Counted from the stretch's first letter, positions 13,720 to 26,586 are shown. The stretch: 64,000 nucleotides of DNA from Basidiobolus meristosporus CBS 931.73 (GCA_002104905.1 MCFE01000137.1:62001-126000), one strand, 5' to 3'. Notes: generated by a model from the letters alone, not told the origin. Program-made: numbers and translations.

Positions 13720-14835
13720 TCCATTTTGCCATAGCCGCTCTACGATGAGTGCTCTGTACTTCTATCCGAAACGATTTTTCTCCTCGCCTTTCCCAATGAT
13801 TTGTATAGTGTTACATTCATCCCAACGGAAACTTGCTTTCCAGTGTTTCACTTGATCCCGGTTTCGATAATAATATACTCGCGCGCCTTTGTGTATCTGC
13901 GCAGAAAATCCCAGTCATGTGACAGGGCCTGTTGAGCCTAACCTAACCTATCCGTGATAGAGCTTTCTTGTCGGCGGGTGTACTTGATCTCCATCGAGAT
14001 TGAATGTTCATCCGGATCACGAGTAACCAGCGTGAATTTGTACCAATGCTTACCGTACTTGTAGGCAGAACTAGCCGCGTATCCAATCACGAAGCGTCCC
14101 TAGTGAGATTGCCCGGCAATCAGCCAATCAAGGCCTCGTTGCGGGCTCAAGAACCAGTTTGAGCTTAAACACCGACAGCAATGGCTGAGCCTGGATCATG
14201 TGATGGACTGTTGCCGAGATTTGAGAGACGATTCTGCAACAAGCATCCAATCTGTCGTGGAGGGTGCTATGACAACTTGACTGGGATGCATGACTGTCTA
14301 TTCCAGCAGCCAACGGGAGGAGAGCTGTTCCAATGTACATCAGACAATCCATTGCACTGTGAATAGGGGCTATAATTGAATGATACTGCGTAAGCCATTG
14401 ATAATTATTGGGGCGTCCATGTTTAAAACGCCATGTATCTGATCGATATAATTGAGACCAGAGTCGATGGATTTAGGAAAAGATGAACACTTGTGATGTG
14501 AATATATATATTGCATCAAAACATCTGATATTTGTGAACGAGTCGCAGGAAACAAAATGCATACATTATATTATCAACAAAGCCCATGTTGACTTGGATG
14601 GTGTCATTTCATCCTTATGAGGGATGTGGCACAATGTTATTACCTGAAACTTTCTTTACAGCCAAATATGCGTATTGCTAAAAACAGCCTCCCTTAATTT
14701 AAATTATTACCGATAAAAAACGAACGTTAATTAGTGTACCTTGCGATACAAAATAAAGCACCTTAACCAGATTGATTACTCGAGTTTTCAAGCTTATGCC
14801 TATTCCTCGAGTTTTGTCCACTGTTTGTACAAATA

Positions 14836-17372
14836 ATGTCAACGCCTGAGCAAGAAGAGGCGACTTCAGGTATCGCGAAGCCTCGAGGAAACACATCCAA
14901 GCCTTCCAAAAAGCTCTCACCCTTGATCCTTCCAGCAACTAACACCGCACACTCTTCTACTTCTGCTGATCAATCTCCCAGCCTCTCCTCTCCCAACTCA
15001 CCTCTGAGACGCTCCACGGCCTTTTACGGCAAAGGTAAGGAAAAAAGAAGACAGAGTTTCCTCGAAACAACCGTCACCTCGGTCCCAACCACCACCAGTC
15101 CAACAAAAGACCCTTCTCAAACTTCGCCACGGTTGAATACACCAAAAAAACCCCAAACTCTGGAAGGGCCCTCGTCCTCGAAAGTGGAATATGTGGAGGT
15201 TCTGAACGAGGTTTCTCATCCGTCCCGAGTGCCTGGGTTCAGCAACAACCTGGTCGACTATTTTGAGATTGACCCATCACTTCTGAAAAGTGAGTTTTCC
15301 GTCTTCTAGCGTTTGACCTATTCTCTGGTTGACTTTTATTCCCCATTCAAACAGAGAAGCAACCCCAGCCTCGTCTTAATACGAATAAGAAAAAGCGGAC
15401 CTTCTCTGGCACTACAGTCAAAGCCTACCCGCAGGTTCGTTCGTTCAGCGGAGGCGGTGCAGCCACACGAGCAACAAACATGTTTCACAATAAGCAATCG
15501 GGTCGAAGTATCTTTGAATCGGAATATCCTGGTGGGGAAGAGGGAACGAGCACATCAGCTGGTATCCGTTCTTCCGTATTATCTGGGGCTCAGCCTGGAA
15601 TTGCCGCTGCAATGTCCGATATTCCTTCGGACACCCCTCTCCTTCTCTCCGAAGAGGGAAAGCACAAGCGACAGTTACCAATGAATAGGCCTGAGGCGAA
15701 GGTCTCCAGAAACCATGGATTGTCCGCAATAGAGACCGATTCTACTCATTTTGGCCGACCCCGCACATCGATAGTCACATCCCAGGATGAGGCCCCTCCG
15801 TTTACCCCGACATTTGGCCCAGTACCCGTCAACACGGATGCAAATGATTGTAGAAACTCTTACAGAGTCTCGCGATATAGCAACCGTAGTTCGCTTCCTA
15901 GGCACCCATTTCGTGACACGTTTGGCTTCGACAAGCAACTGCTGAGCCCCGTTGATAGAGCCTCTCCGCTCAGAAACTCCATGATAGCAGGGGGCCCGAG
16001 CACTGCGGACCTGGAGCTCAGCACATATCCTCAACGCGTGTCCTCTCTTCAGAATCTCCACAAGGAGCTGAATAAGGAACGGCTGTCGTTGCTGGGCGAG
16101 ATCAGTGAGCTGAAGAGAATCAGCAGGTATGCTGAAGACGGTGGTGGGGAAGAGTTCATCCAGAAGATCCAGCATGCTGAGAATCGTATAGGAACATTCG
16201 AGCACTTGATCGAGCAAGCGCAAAAGAGCATCCAAAGCTCATCGGAACTTACCCCGGAGGTAGATAGGGGAAAGAATTTCGACAGGAGAGCGATCCACGG
16301 AAATCACCGCCTCGTACATCCGGACCAACAGTCCAGTAGTTCCTCCGAACCAAACGATGAGAGTATGAGTGTTGACATGTACATACCGTACACCATACCC
16401 GAGACCAGGATCTCACTTCCTAATTACGCATACTCGCGAATCCAGCCGCTACTGCTCGATGATACTCCAGTGTTCAAGAGTGCTCTATACAAGCTAGGGA
16501 GCAATCGCAAGTGGCAAAAGAGAGAGTTTCGTATTGATGGGTTTATGCTGGTCTGTCTTGAGAAGAAGAAAATCAAGGTTGAGCCAAAGACCGTCATTCT
16601 GGCCAAATATTCAACGGCAAATGGGTTGCAAAGTGATCCCGGGCTTCGAAGGCACTTCTATCCAACAAGCCCACCTTTGCCACATATATCGCATCCCTTG
16701 GTTGCAACCGCATCGTCGGTCGAGGACAACACTGGTGTCGACCAGTATGTCGATTACTACCAACCGCCGAAATGGGTCATCCCATTAAGTGACATCTTGG
16801 CTGTCACTCTGTTGGCGCGCAACGGTTTCAAGGTCAGAAAGTGCTTCGCCATTCATACAGCCGAGCGCAAGTATATCCTTCGAGCAGAGACGGAGATGGA
16901 AACTGCTTGCTGGGTATATCTGTTGAAACGCATGGCAATCAACCGATATCACGAAATCAACCTGTTGGAATACAACCCACGGTCGCCCTCCATTCAGGCC
17001 AATTCTTCAGTCCACGTGAATCCTACAAATGACAAGAGTGCGCAACACCACGACACCAAGACGGGCAGAGAAGTGGTACTTGATCAATGGCGCACGACGG
17101 TGAACGAGCTGGTTCAACGCGAACCTAGCCTACGGCACTCACTCCACGCGGATACACAGCTTTCCCTTTCTCCCCCACGCCATCGAGGACCTCGAAATAA
17201 TCTAAATACACCGAGTGCAGCCGCCTCACATAGATCCCATATATCCAAAGAGAACACCTCCTCCGCTTCTGGCAGTATGCAGCGGCGCAAGCCTTTGCCA
17301 ATTCCGCCCATGCGCCCTAGCTCCTCCCCTATTATTAATCCACTCCGCATCGTCAATCAAAGTGAGGCCTGA
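14836..17372 (+). CDS. Large Ser/Pro-rich protein with coiled coil and C-terminal PH-like domain (2 exons, intron ~15290-15354)
   Basis: The intron joins the 157-aa and 630-aa ORFs in frame. PH-like pattern FKSALYKLG..KWQKREFRIDG...IPLSDI...CFAIHTAERKYILRAETEMETACWV. Confidence 0.8.
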
Positions 17373-18202
17373 GCTCACATCGTAAAGCAGAACGCTCTAA
17401 TAACTCTAACTAATGCGCCGTTGACTCTACTCCAAGCATCTCACCATCACCCCCCCCACGAAAACACATTTAACCAATGTAAATACCTGAAAAATTAACC
17501 CCCTCTCCGTTCTAGGAAACCAACCCATTGCTGAATATAAATAAATAGGATCTGCTTTGATCAATACTCCGTTATGTAAATATTGCTACATCAGCTGGAC
17601 CTGTGCCAAGATAGTCATGTGAAAGTCGTCTCGTGCTCATGGAAACATCCAAGCGCAAATGAGCCGCCTCGCTATCTGAAGCCGGCCCGCCTAGTAAGCA
17701 TCGTGCGCCGCACCGAGGCTGTACCTTTGCGCAACCGGCGATGGTATGCTGGATAGCGTGACATTAATTTACAATTAGCGGGTGGTCCTATAGGACATTC
17801 AGTAGGACAAGCTCGACACATCACAGTTGGGCCGACCAAAACATCCAACAATATGATCATGTGCCAAACCCATCCCGCCCATTTGTATAGTTATCAAATA
17901 ATCCCAAAGATGGACCTGAGCCCATTTGCGGATGCTGAGGTACCACGAGATTTGCCTTTGTGGGCATCAGGGCGCATTAGATGAATTAACCTTAGAGCCT
18001 CGTTTGCTACCGAACCTCCACGAAAAGACTTGACTAGGTAATCGCTGGTGTGACAATTATTATTCTACAGTTCCATTCGGAAATACATGATTTATTGGAT
18101 CGGTTCTGAACTATGGGAGAGGTTGTTCCACAATGGCAGGATATCGTGCTCATCCAGCACCAGATGCCACGGAAAAAAGACCAAGGGGGGCTCACTAGAT
18201 GG

Positions 18203-18844
18203 TCATCCTTGCTCCTCGTCCTCTAGCAGACTGGGCTTCAGTAGCGTACGTCGAGTTGGCACTCTGATGCCCTGTTTTATAAACTGTTTGGTGAGTTTGG
18301 TTGGCTCGCAGCCTCCTGGGAAATTCTTTGCGGAGTAGACGGTGAAGGGGCTGGAGAAGATTCTCGCCAGCACCAAGGAGGAGCTGTTGGAGCTGTTCTG
18401 AGAAAGATCGATAAACGAGAATCGCAGAGTGAAACGACCCTCCGTCCTCACCGACAGGTCCGGAAAAATGAAAAAGATCCCCGCTTTCCCATTGGTGTCT
18501 GATAAATAATACGCCGAGGATATCAGCGAGCCAAGGAGGTTACGTACATGGTGTGGTGCGTCGAGGGAGATTACTTTGATGCGCGGTAACGATGTGGCAG
18601 ATGTGATTGCTAAGGGATTCACTACTAACGAGCAGTTTTCTGAACAATCCTCAGACCATAGATCCACATGAATCGAGAAGAATGTCAGATCCACTGGGTT
18701 ACTCTGCATTGCCTGCCCCCTGTCATCAAGCAGGGTTAGCTTCACTATCGGTGGTGGATCTATTGATCTTCGTTTATCTCCAAAGCCACTCATGTGCGCC
18801 TGAACTGGTTGCTGGACCACTTCCAGTAGATACTTGGGCATCAA
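18203..18844 (-). CDS. Velvet-domain regulator
   Basis: YLLEVVQQPVQAHMSGFGDKRRSIDPPPIVKL, FFIFPDLSVRTEGRFTLRF and FTVYSAKNFPG are velvet-family signatures. Single exon, 213 aa. Confidence 0.92.
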   Translation of the reverse strand: MMPKYLLEVVQQPVQAHMSGFGDKRRSIDPPPIVKLTLLDDRGQAMQSNPVDLTFFSIHVDLWSEDCSENCSLVVNPLAITSATSLPRIKVISLDAPHHVRNLLGSLISSAYYLSDTNGKAGIFFIFPDLSVRTEGRFTLRFSFIDLSQNSSNSSSLVLARIFSSPFTVYSAKNFPGGCEPTKLTKQFIKQGIRVPTRRTLLKPSLLEDEEQG

Positions 18845-20549
18845 GTGGTGTGATTCTATACTCGACTAGTAGATACAAAACAGCGACGGGCAAGACTAAA
18901 AGAAAGAGGTAGTTGGGAGGGGTAATCTAGCACCTATCGGCTCTGCTGACGAAAAGATATGGCTGTGTTATCTGGCATTGAAGGATCGCCAGGTCTTATA
19001 TATCACGAGGCGCGGATTGAGCGACGATCATTGGAGAGCCCCCGCTGGAATATTCAATTAGGTTTCTCGCCATACCGTCTTCCCCCTCCCAAAAATGCCT
19101 ACCTTCTTTATACAGGAATGGAAATGAGCACTTTTCGTCGATACCAAAAACAAACACTTGCAGGTGACTCATTTGGAGATCAACTGGTTCAAGGCAGGAT
19201 ACCTATTCTTTGACTATTTGGCGCGAAAAAGCGACTGCAGTCTCGATACAAGTCAACGGCAACCCACGATGGGATCACAATTAAGGGGTTTCACCAAAAG
19301 TGGCATTCCTCTATGATTATCCTATCCATCGATTCTATTTAACTAAATGTGTGTTAAGCCATTCACATCCAACGCCCTATGTCCAAGGCTCGATATGGAT
19401 AGCAATTGGTATACTCCATGGATGTCTCTTTAGTCCAATGCTACTTACGTTTGGACGACGCTGTCCCTTATCCGTCTCCCCACCATAGTTTGCAATTAAG
19501 CTTTCCGTACACCAATCGCCATGTTTGTATATTTCGGACAACACAGTCTGAGTATCGGTATGGATCCTCCAAATATGGGGGCAATGATGCTATTAGGCTT
19601 ACCGAAATTTCTGCAATTGCTTGGTTGGTGTCGTTGGCAAGATGCTAGAATCACTGATGCTGCAAGTAGCACAGATCTATGGTTGATTTTAGCCTTTGCA
19701 TGTAGGCAAATTACCCCGAATGCAAAAATGGGTTGATCCGAAGTATATGCCATATTAGGGAATTGGTGTCAACCTGAATTCGAGCCATCATGGCGTGAGT
19801 TCCTGGTGAGAAAACAGCAGGCGTATTTCCGCCAAGTCGTCAACCCCAAACCATTGCTACCTCACTGCCTTTTGGCGCCGCTCATTTCGGCACCAGTGCT
19901 TCTACCCATATGAACTATGGAGCAACTGTCGCCAAGCCACATTCACCCACCTAGATGGAGTGATCAAAGTTAACACACCAGATGATCTTTCAATTTCTCC
20001 CAGCAGGATCAATGGAAAACCGTGCACGGATATATCTACTTCCATGCAGCGACCACACAGAAATGGAATGTTTGGCGGGATGTTCTTGGACCGCAAATCA
20101 TCATACGGCAGTTGACAAGCACTTGGCTATAGTTGATCCAGAAAAAGGTTTGTATTTTTCTCCCCGTTGGTGCATCTTGGGAATTTTGATTATCAATACT
20201 CTCCCATATTCGATGGCCACGGTCACTCCATTTCACCTCCAATAGAGCTACCAAGCGCAATGCCATGGATACCGCCGATACTGGGTGCGATAGATCGCAG
20301 CCTCCTCCACAGTCGTCACAAACCATTCCCCTCGCTTTCCCTTGGGGCTGCTGATGAATATCGCCAACGCTGTCGCTAGCTGTTCAGGGGTGAACTGGCC
20401 GTCCAAACAACCACCACCAATCCCTTGGTTTGTGACATCTACTGCTACAGACGTAATCAAATAGCCATATTTAATTTCTGGGCACGTGAAGCAGCTCTTA
20501 AATAGCTGAATGGTTCATAGGCCGGATGTTTAACTAAGCTTTTGGGGCA

Positions 20550-21173
20550 ATGAGACTTGGCATCCAAACAACCGTTCTGCTGTGCCTGGCAGGCCTTGGC
20601 CAAGGGGTAGGAGTTATCTCAGAGCCGGATACTGACGACATAACCTACATGTCGCTGACCATCAATGCCACTTTGGCCAAACACCCATGCGCTTTCTCTC
20701 CGTTTGGTGCCGCAATTGTAAATAAGCAAACCCGTGAAATCCTTTGTTTTGGGTTCAACAACGCCAATGGGAATCCTACCTGGCATGGCGAAATGGAGGC
20801 CCTTAACAATTGTTCTGCTCTGTTCCCAGGAAACGGATTGAACAGCGCTTTCTGGAAAAAACTAACCTTGTACACTACTGGTGAGCCGTGCCCTATGTGT
20901 CAGGCAGCCATTCTGTGGGCACGTATAGGAAGGGTGGTATACTCCACCTCCATCGCAACGTTAACTCGACTGGGTTGGTCGCAAATCCAGGTCACCAGCC
21001 TAGAGCTTTCCAATAAGGCCACTGCCGGTCACTTTAAGCCACTCGAGATAATACCTGCATTACTACACGAGAATACGGATCACTTATTCGCTTGGCAATA
21101 TGACACCCATTCACCTTGTCCTTCAGGCTGTCTTCGTAGAAACGATATCTGTGTACCCAGCACAAGCACATAG
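20550..21173 (+). CDS. Zn-dependent cytidine/guanine deaminase-like protein with putative signal peptide
   Basis: PFGAAIV, HGE (HxE) and EPCPMC (PCxxC) motifs. Hydrophobic N-terminus MRLGIQTTVLLCLAGLGQG. Intronless. Confidence 0.85.
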   Translation: MRLGIQTTVLLCLAGLGQGVGVISEPDTDDITYMSLTINATLAKHPCAFSPFGAAIVNKQTREILCFGFNNANGNPTWHGEMEALNNCSALFPGNGLNSAFWKKLTLYTTGEPCPMCQAAILWARIGRVVYSTSIATLTRLGWSQIQVTSLELSNKATAGHFKPLEIIPALLHENTDHLFAWQYDTHSPCPSGCLRRNDICVPSTST

Positions 21174-21533
21174 TAGTACGGAGACATTGATGAATCATCC
21201 AGTAGTTTCTATACAACATGAGCTCAACCAAAAGCTACTTGTGGAGCGTTCACATTCACACTAGAATCAATATATAAATCGGACTAGGTTGCATGTGATC
21301 CATCTTGTACCTAGTGGTATTGGATTTTTTCTTAGACATGTATCCACTTTGGATCTAGAATACCACGTCTCGTTGAGGCCTTAGGTAACCATGGAAACTA
21401 TGGTGGTGGTACCGTGACGGGTGTAGTAATCAGCCAGCTTGATGCCGGCTAATGGTATGCAAACCCACGCTTCCCCCGCCTTTTAAGCAAGCGCTTCGCT
21501 GCTGCTGCCTTGATATCCAAGCAACCTATCACT

Positions 21534-22434
21534 ATGTGCCCCATAAGCACCCAAGCCATCAAAAGCCAGCCTCACCCTTCTCAGATCGCCGATAGCTCTT
21601 TCTCCGTGAAGAGTAGCATACCACAGGGAACATCCAAGGGCTCTCCTGTGAAGAGTGGGCCGGAAATGATCACCGTATTTACTGATCCCATCAACTTCAA
21701 CGTCAAGCACCCGCTCAACAATTCTTGGACCCTATGGTACGATAGCCGAGGGAAAAAAACCAACCAATCCAGTTGGTCTCAATGCCTACGGGAAGTGGTC
21801 TCTTTTAATACAGTCGAGGACTTCTGGGGGTAAGAGAGTTCATTGCACCTTACACCCCAAAGACATCCGACTCACAACATCCCTAGAGCCTACAATAATC
21901 TTACAAGAGTAAGTAATCTGGCACCCGGCTCCAACTACCACCTTTTCAAAGAAAACATAAAGCCAATGTGGGAGGACGCTGCCAACTCGGAAGGCGGCAA
22001 ATGGGTGATACAGTTTTCGAGAAAAGCGGGGGAGGAAATCAACCACCTATGGCTCCATTCTGTATGGCAACCAAAGACTGCATCCCATGTATGTAGAAGT
22101 GTTTACTAACCTGCCGTGAACAGATTTTGTGTTGCATAGGAGAGACATTTTTATACGAGGACCAGATTTCTGGTGTGGTCGTGTCGGTTCGCAAGGGATT
22201 CTACAGACTCGCGCTTTGGACGCGCACCTCAGACGATAGGCAGATTTGTGAAGCCATCTGGTATCCATTATCATGATCGTGATCTTGTTGCCTCCTATAT
22301 TGACTGTATTAACCGTTTTCAGCTCGCATCTGAAGGTGTCGCTGAACCTTTCGTCTCAACAACAGCTGGAATTTCAAACCCATGCAGATGCTACTCACGG
22401 AGGGTTATTTAATAAAGGACGATATGTTGTATAA
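21534..22434 (+). CDS. eIF4E: Translation initiation factor eIF4E (3 introns; start codon uncertain)
   Basis: KHPLNNSWTLWYD, FNTVEDFWG, YHLFKENIKPMWED..N..GGKW, GVVVSVRKG..RLALW, ending KGRYVV. Confidence 0.93.
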
Positions 22435-22807
22435 AGCTATAGCCAGAGGTGCCATCCTAGATTGTGCTGAATGGGATGCTTTGCCACTTTCCTGTTACGT
22501 TTCTGATTCACCACGAGGCGCCCGAAACCCCTTCTTTCATGGAACATAGAGATCGACGCTGGCCAGTATGTCTTCTAGTATGAGTGGCGGTAATCGTCAA
22601 GGATATGAAGCATTTCCTATGCGGGCCCAATCACTCATCAACCACATACTCCACGTGCCTAAAGTAGCCTCTCAAAGCACGCAAGGTTTTTTTCCATTGG
22701 GGAGTAATCACCAATAAATTTTCTAGTCACAAATCCACTCAGTTACCAAGAGAATTGGAATCTGGTTCGTCGGAAATTTTTTTTATCAGATCAGTGGCCT
22801 ATAAATC

Positions 22808-24039
22808 ATGGCTGCTGGAAGGATGAGCCAGTTGGTTAAGTGGATAGACATTAAATGGACCGCAAGTTCAAGTCCCCGTTAGAGTTGTTTGAGGAGAAGA
22901 AGGTGGTCAACATTTGCGCACCTATGGTGCGCTATTCGAAGCTACCTTTTCGTGAGTTGGTCCGAGAGTAAGTGGCATGGAGACTCTAGTGGGTTTCGGC
23001 TTTCGATAATGACTTTGGCTCGACAGGTATAACTGCGATCTCACTTACACTCCGATGATTCTCGCCGACGTCTTCAAAAACTCCAACTATGCTAGAGAGT
23101 GTGATTTCACCACCAACGAGAAGGACAACCCTGTCATTATCCAATTCGCTGCTACCAACGCAACCGATTTGGCGGATGCTGCCGAGCTGGCTGCACCTTT
23201 TGTGAGTGGGGTTGATCTTAATTGTGGCTGCGCCCAAAAATGGGCCATTAATGAAGGAATCGGATCCTACTTGATGGAGCATCCGGAACTCGTGCGGGAC
23301 ATGGTAAGACAAACCAAAAATCGAGTCAACATTCCATGCTCCATTAAGATTCGCGCCCACAAAGACTTGAGGTTGGCTTTACAAATATATATACATGAGT
23401 ACCTGTGAAGTGCTTGGTTAACTTCTGATTGCAGACAAACAGTGGAATTCGCCAAACGGGCGGAAAGTGTGGGTGTGGATTTCATCACAGTGCACGGTAG
23501 AACCAGGAGGCAGAAATCCTCCGAGCCAGTAAACTTGGAGGCCATCAAGCTGGTGAAGGAGTCAGCAAGCGTGCCAATTGTCGCGAACGGTGATATCTTT
23601 AGCAGAGAGGACGCAGAGCATATCGCGGAATATACCAAAGTCGACGGTAAATTTGGATAGAAACCTTGCTCCCTTAGAACCTGAACTCACCTTTTTGAAG
23701 GGGTCATGGCTGCTAGAGGAATTTTGCACAACCCCGCTCTGTTTGCTCATGAGGAAGTAGATCCTTGGGACTACATCAAGAAATACATCGAGTTAGCCCT
23801 GGGTTACGGAACCAATTTCTTCATTTTCCATCATCACCTGATGTTCATGTTTGAGGGAGTGATGAGTAATGCTGGTAAGTCCCCGCAGCAATCTCAACTT
23901 TATCGGCGCACGTGTTCTAAAGTCCTCTACAGAAAGGAAAACATTCAACACTCTTTCGAGCATATCGGCAGTTCTTGACCATCTGCGCGACTATTACGGC
24001 TTGGAGGTAACCCCTCCCTCAAGATCACCTTCCTTGTAA
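22808..24039 (+). CDS. DUS4: tRNA-dihydrouridine synthase, DUS4-like (multi-exon)
   Basis: ICAPMVRYSKLPFR, YTPMILAD, IIQFAA, VDLNCGCAQ, SIKIR, ITVHGRT, VANGDI, ARG motifs of the FMN-dependent Dus family. Confidence 0.88.
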
Positions 24040-24438
24040 CTCCAGCATGTGACACCTCTCCTCCAGCCACAAGATACCATCTCATGTGGTGGAAACCATT
24101 GCCAAGATTGAATGCCCACATAGATCCTAGTGATACTTTCATCGTTAATTTAATCCGAGTCATTGAATTGGGATGGTCTGTTGTTAGCCCAGAACACACA
24201 CGTTTCAACGTGACCATCGACCTCATTGAGAGACCAATCCCCAAATAAACCATCACACTAACTGGATATTTCACATTCCCAATCAAGGCTAAACCACAAA
24301 ACATGCTTTCACATACCCACGCCTCACCGGCGAATCTTTGTTCTCATGCTTTTCCAGCCCATGAATTTTCACCAATACCATAATGAGATTTTGGGCTGGG
24401 TTATCTGATTAATCCTGTGATAAGTTTACCATTAACAA

Positions 24439-24924
24439 ATGAGTGTACGAGCGGCCAAACTAGGTGACATAGAGACCCTCCTGTTTATAGCTCATGAGAC
24501 CCAGAAAGCACTTCGGGCAGCAGGTAGTCTACAGGAGATAGGAATCCATCAACAGAATGAGCTTGAAGACTACGTGAGCCGAGGATACATGTATCTTTTT
24601 GAAGAGGAAGGGGTCCTGGGTAGTGTCAAGCTGGAGCCTCTACCAGCCGATAAAGTCCAGCAATGGACCCTACAACCAAAGCGAAAGTACACGTTCCTTA
24701 GCAACTTCATGTTGCTACCCAAGTATCAAAATAGTGGACGGGGAGTTAAGTTGATGGAGCGTATACTCCTTCTGTTACATGACGAGGAAACTACCGTAGT
24801 CTTGGATTGCTGGGAAGGAAACAGCAAACTGCGACACTTCTACCAAGAAAAGTGTCACTTCACCCTTCACGGAGTGTTTCCGGAAAATGACTACTGGATT
24901 GCAGTATTTAAAAAGCTGCGCTAA
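24439..24924 (+). CDS. GNAT-family N-acetyltransferase, intronless
   Basis: FLSNFMLLPKYQNSGRGVKLM (acetyl-CoA binding motif A) and VVLDCWEGNSKLRHFY (motif B). Confidence 0.85.
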   Translation: MSVRAAKLGDIETLLFIAHETQKALRAAGSLQEIGIHQQNELEDYVSRGYMYLFEEEGVLGSVKLEPLPADKVQQWTLQPKRKYTFLSNFMLLPKYQNSGRGVKLMERILLLLHDEETTVVLDCWEGNSKLRHFYQEKCHFTLHGVFPENDYWIAVFKKLR

Positions 24925-25203
24925 ATGGAACTGGAGCCCTTTATTCAGCAAATTCCTTACTTGCGCCAGACGAAAGGGTTGAAGACACTCATCAAAGCCT
25001 CAATGTGTCTACATCAGAATTCAATTCAGTAAACCATATCAATTGTTATCTAGTGAATATTCAACTTCCCATGCTATAGAAGATGGCGGTTATTGTATAC
25101 CCGAAATATTGGACCTAAGCATTAATACAAAATGACTTCACAATTTCACTATTTGTTGGAAAATATATATTTCAGTGATGCTAATTCTCAAGAGCGGCGG
25201 ATA

Positions 25204-26369
25204 CACCAAGAAAAAAGCTGGCAAAAGGCCAGCTGAATACCATCTTAGCATAAGATATCTCAGGTACAGGTATTTGGCCAACAAGCAGATATATTTCTTG
25301 GGAGGAGACTGGGCTGACCAGCATTCATACCAGACTTGGTAATAAGTTAATTACCACTACAAAAATCTACAACTAGAAATTTCAAAGAAAAACCCCAGCT
25401 GAATGCCAGCAGATTATCAGATGAATTTCAAATATGGAATTTTTTGTAGGGAGTTGTTCCTGGAAAAGACTAGCATGTGTTACCTACTTGATATTTACTA
25501 CTAAATATCTGTATTCATTTAGTCATTGGTCCTTAGTTTCAGAACTTAATTTTTTCACTGGTTGAAATTGACTTGGAGTTCCAAAATGTCAGACACCCAA
25601 ACATCAAAATTATGCAGATAACTTCAAATTTGGGACATATCCTGGGAATCATTCTAAATATGTTACTTTACTAATGTCATCAATGTATAAGTGTTACCAA
25701 CTCATATGATATCCTCAAGACTCTGACATACCTCTGTTGGTACAGTGATTCAGTAATAATGGTATATTTAGAAGTCTCTGTATTTTGAGTAGGCTGTCAC
25801 TTGCCAATCAGGTTTTTGCATACATTTGTTGGCTGAACAAGTAAAAGTTCTCCAAATAGCTTGCTTCCAGTGCCACTCCAGCTCCAAGTGATGAAAATAT
25901 CATGAAAAAGAATACTGTATCAGGTACTTCATTATTGAAAACTGACCACCAATTATTTGTGTATAAGAAGTTAAGTAACATTACCATTTCCATTAAGGAA
26001 GCCCCTGATCTTTGCACTCAGCTTTTTGAACCTTTCTCAGGACATTCTTATTATTGGCTCTACAGAATTCTTCCAAGAGTACCCAGTATGAAAGATCGCA
26101 AAGTTGGAACTTATTGGATTTTTAGCTGGTATTCAGCTGGTATTTCTGCTCAGAACTTTCAGTTGCAATTTTTGGTGGAAGTAATGAGTAGCTGATTACC
26201 AAGCTTGTTATGAATGCTAGCTGGCCTAGTCTCCCCCTAGAAAGATTATCTGCTTGTCTGCTGTGAAGCTAGTACCTGCAATATTGACAGTGGTCACTTT
26301 TGGAAATGTTGGAATTCAGTTGATATCATGATGGTATTTTGCTGGCCTTTTTCAATTTTTTCCTAGGTG
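25204..26369. mobile_element. Non-autonomous TIR DNA transposon (1166 bp; CMC/EnSpm-like or Tc1/mariner-like)
   Basis: Degenerate long inverted repeats ~25204-25410 and ~26125-26369 (CACCAAGAAAAAA.../...TTTTTTCCTAGGTG). TA on both sides. Repeated subterminal motif CCAGCTGAATRCCAKC. No coding capacity seen. Confidence 0.8.
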
Positions 26370-26586
26370 TATTAATACCTCATTCAAGCCCAAGAAAGCT
26401 ACAGGTAAATATCATGCAATTCTTCTGGCTCTCCAAGTCACCAATAATACTCCCTGGAATCTTGCAATACTCTGATCTAAATAGGGTGGAGTATGTGAAG
26501 GTTTATGTGTAAATATGCAATTTCTATTACCTGAAGCTCCTAAATTGTGGCCAGATTCTGGGGGAACTAGAGAAGTTGCATGAGAC

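Noticed and set aside
15675-16235. 186-aa minus-strand ORF and similar antisense ORFs over the kinase, velvet, DUS4, cyclin and medA genes
   Set aside because: Shadow frames of well-supported genes on the opposite strand.
19200-20480. Several 60-96 aa overlapping ORFs suggesting a broken gene
   Set aside because: No motif I can recognise and no consistent splice model.
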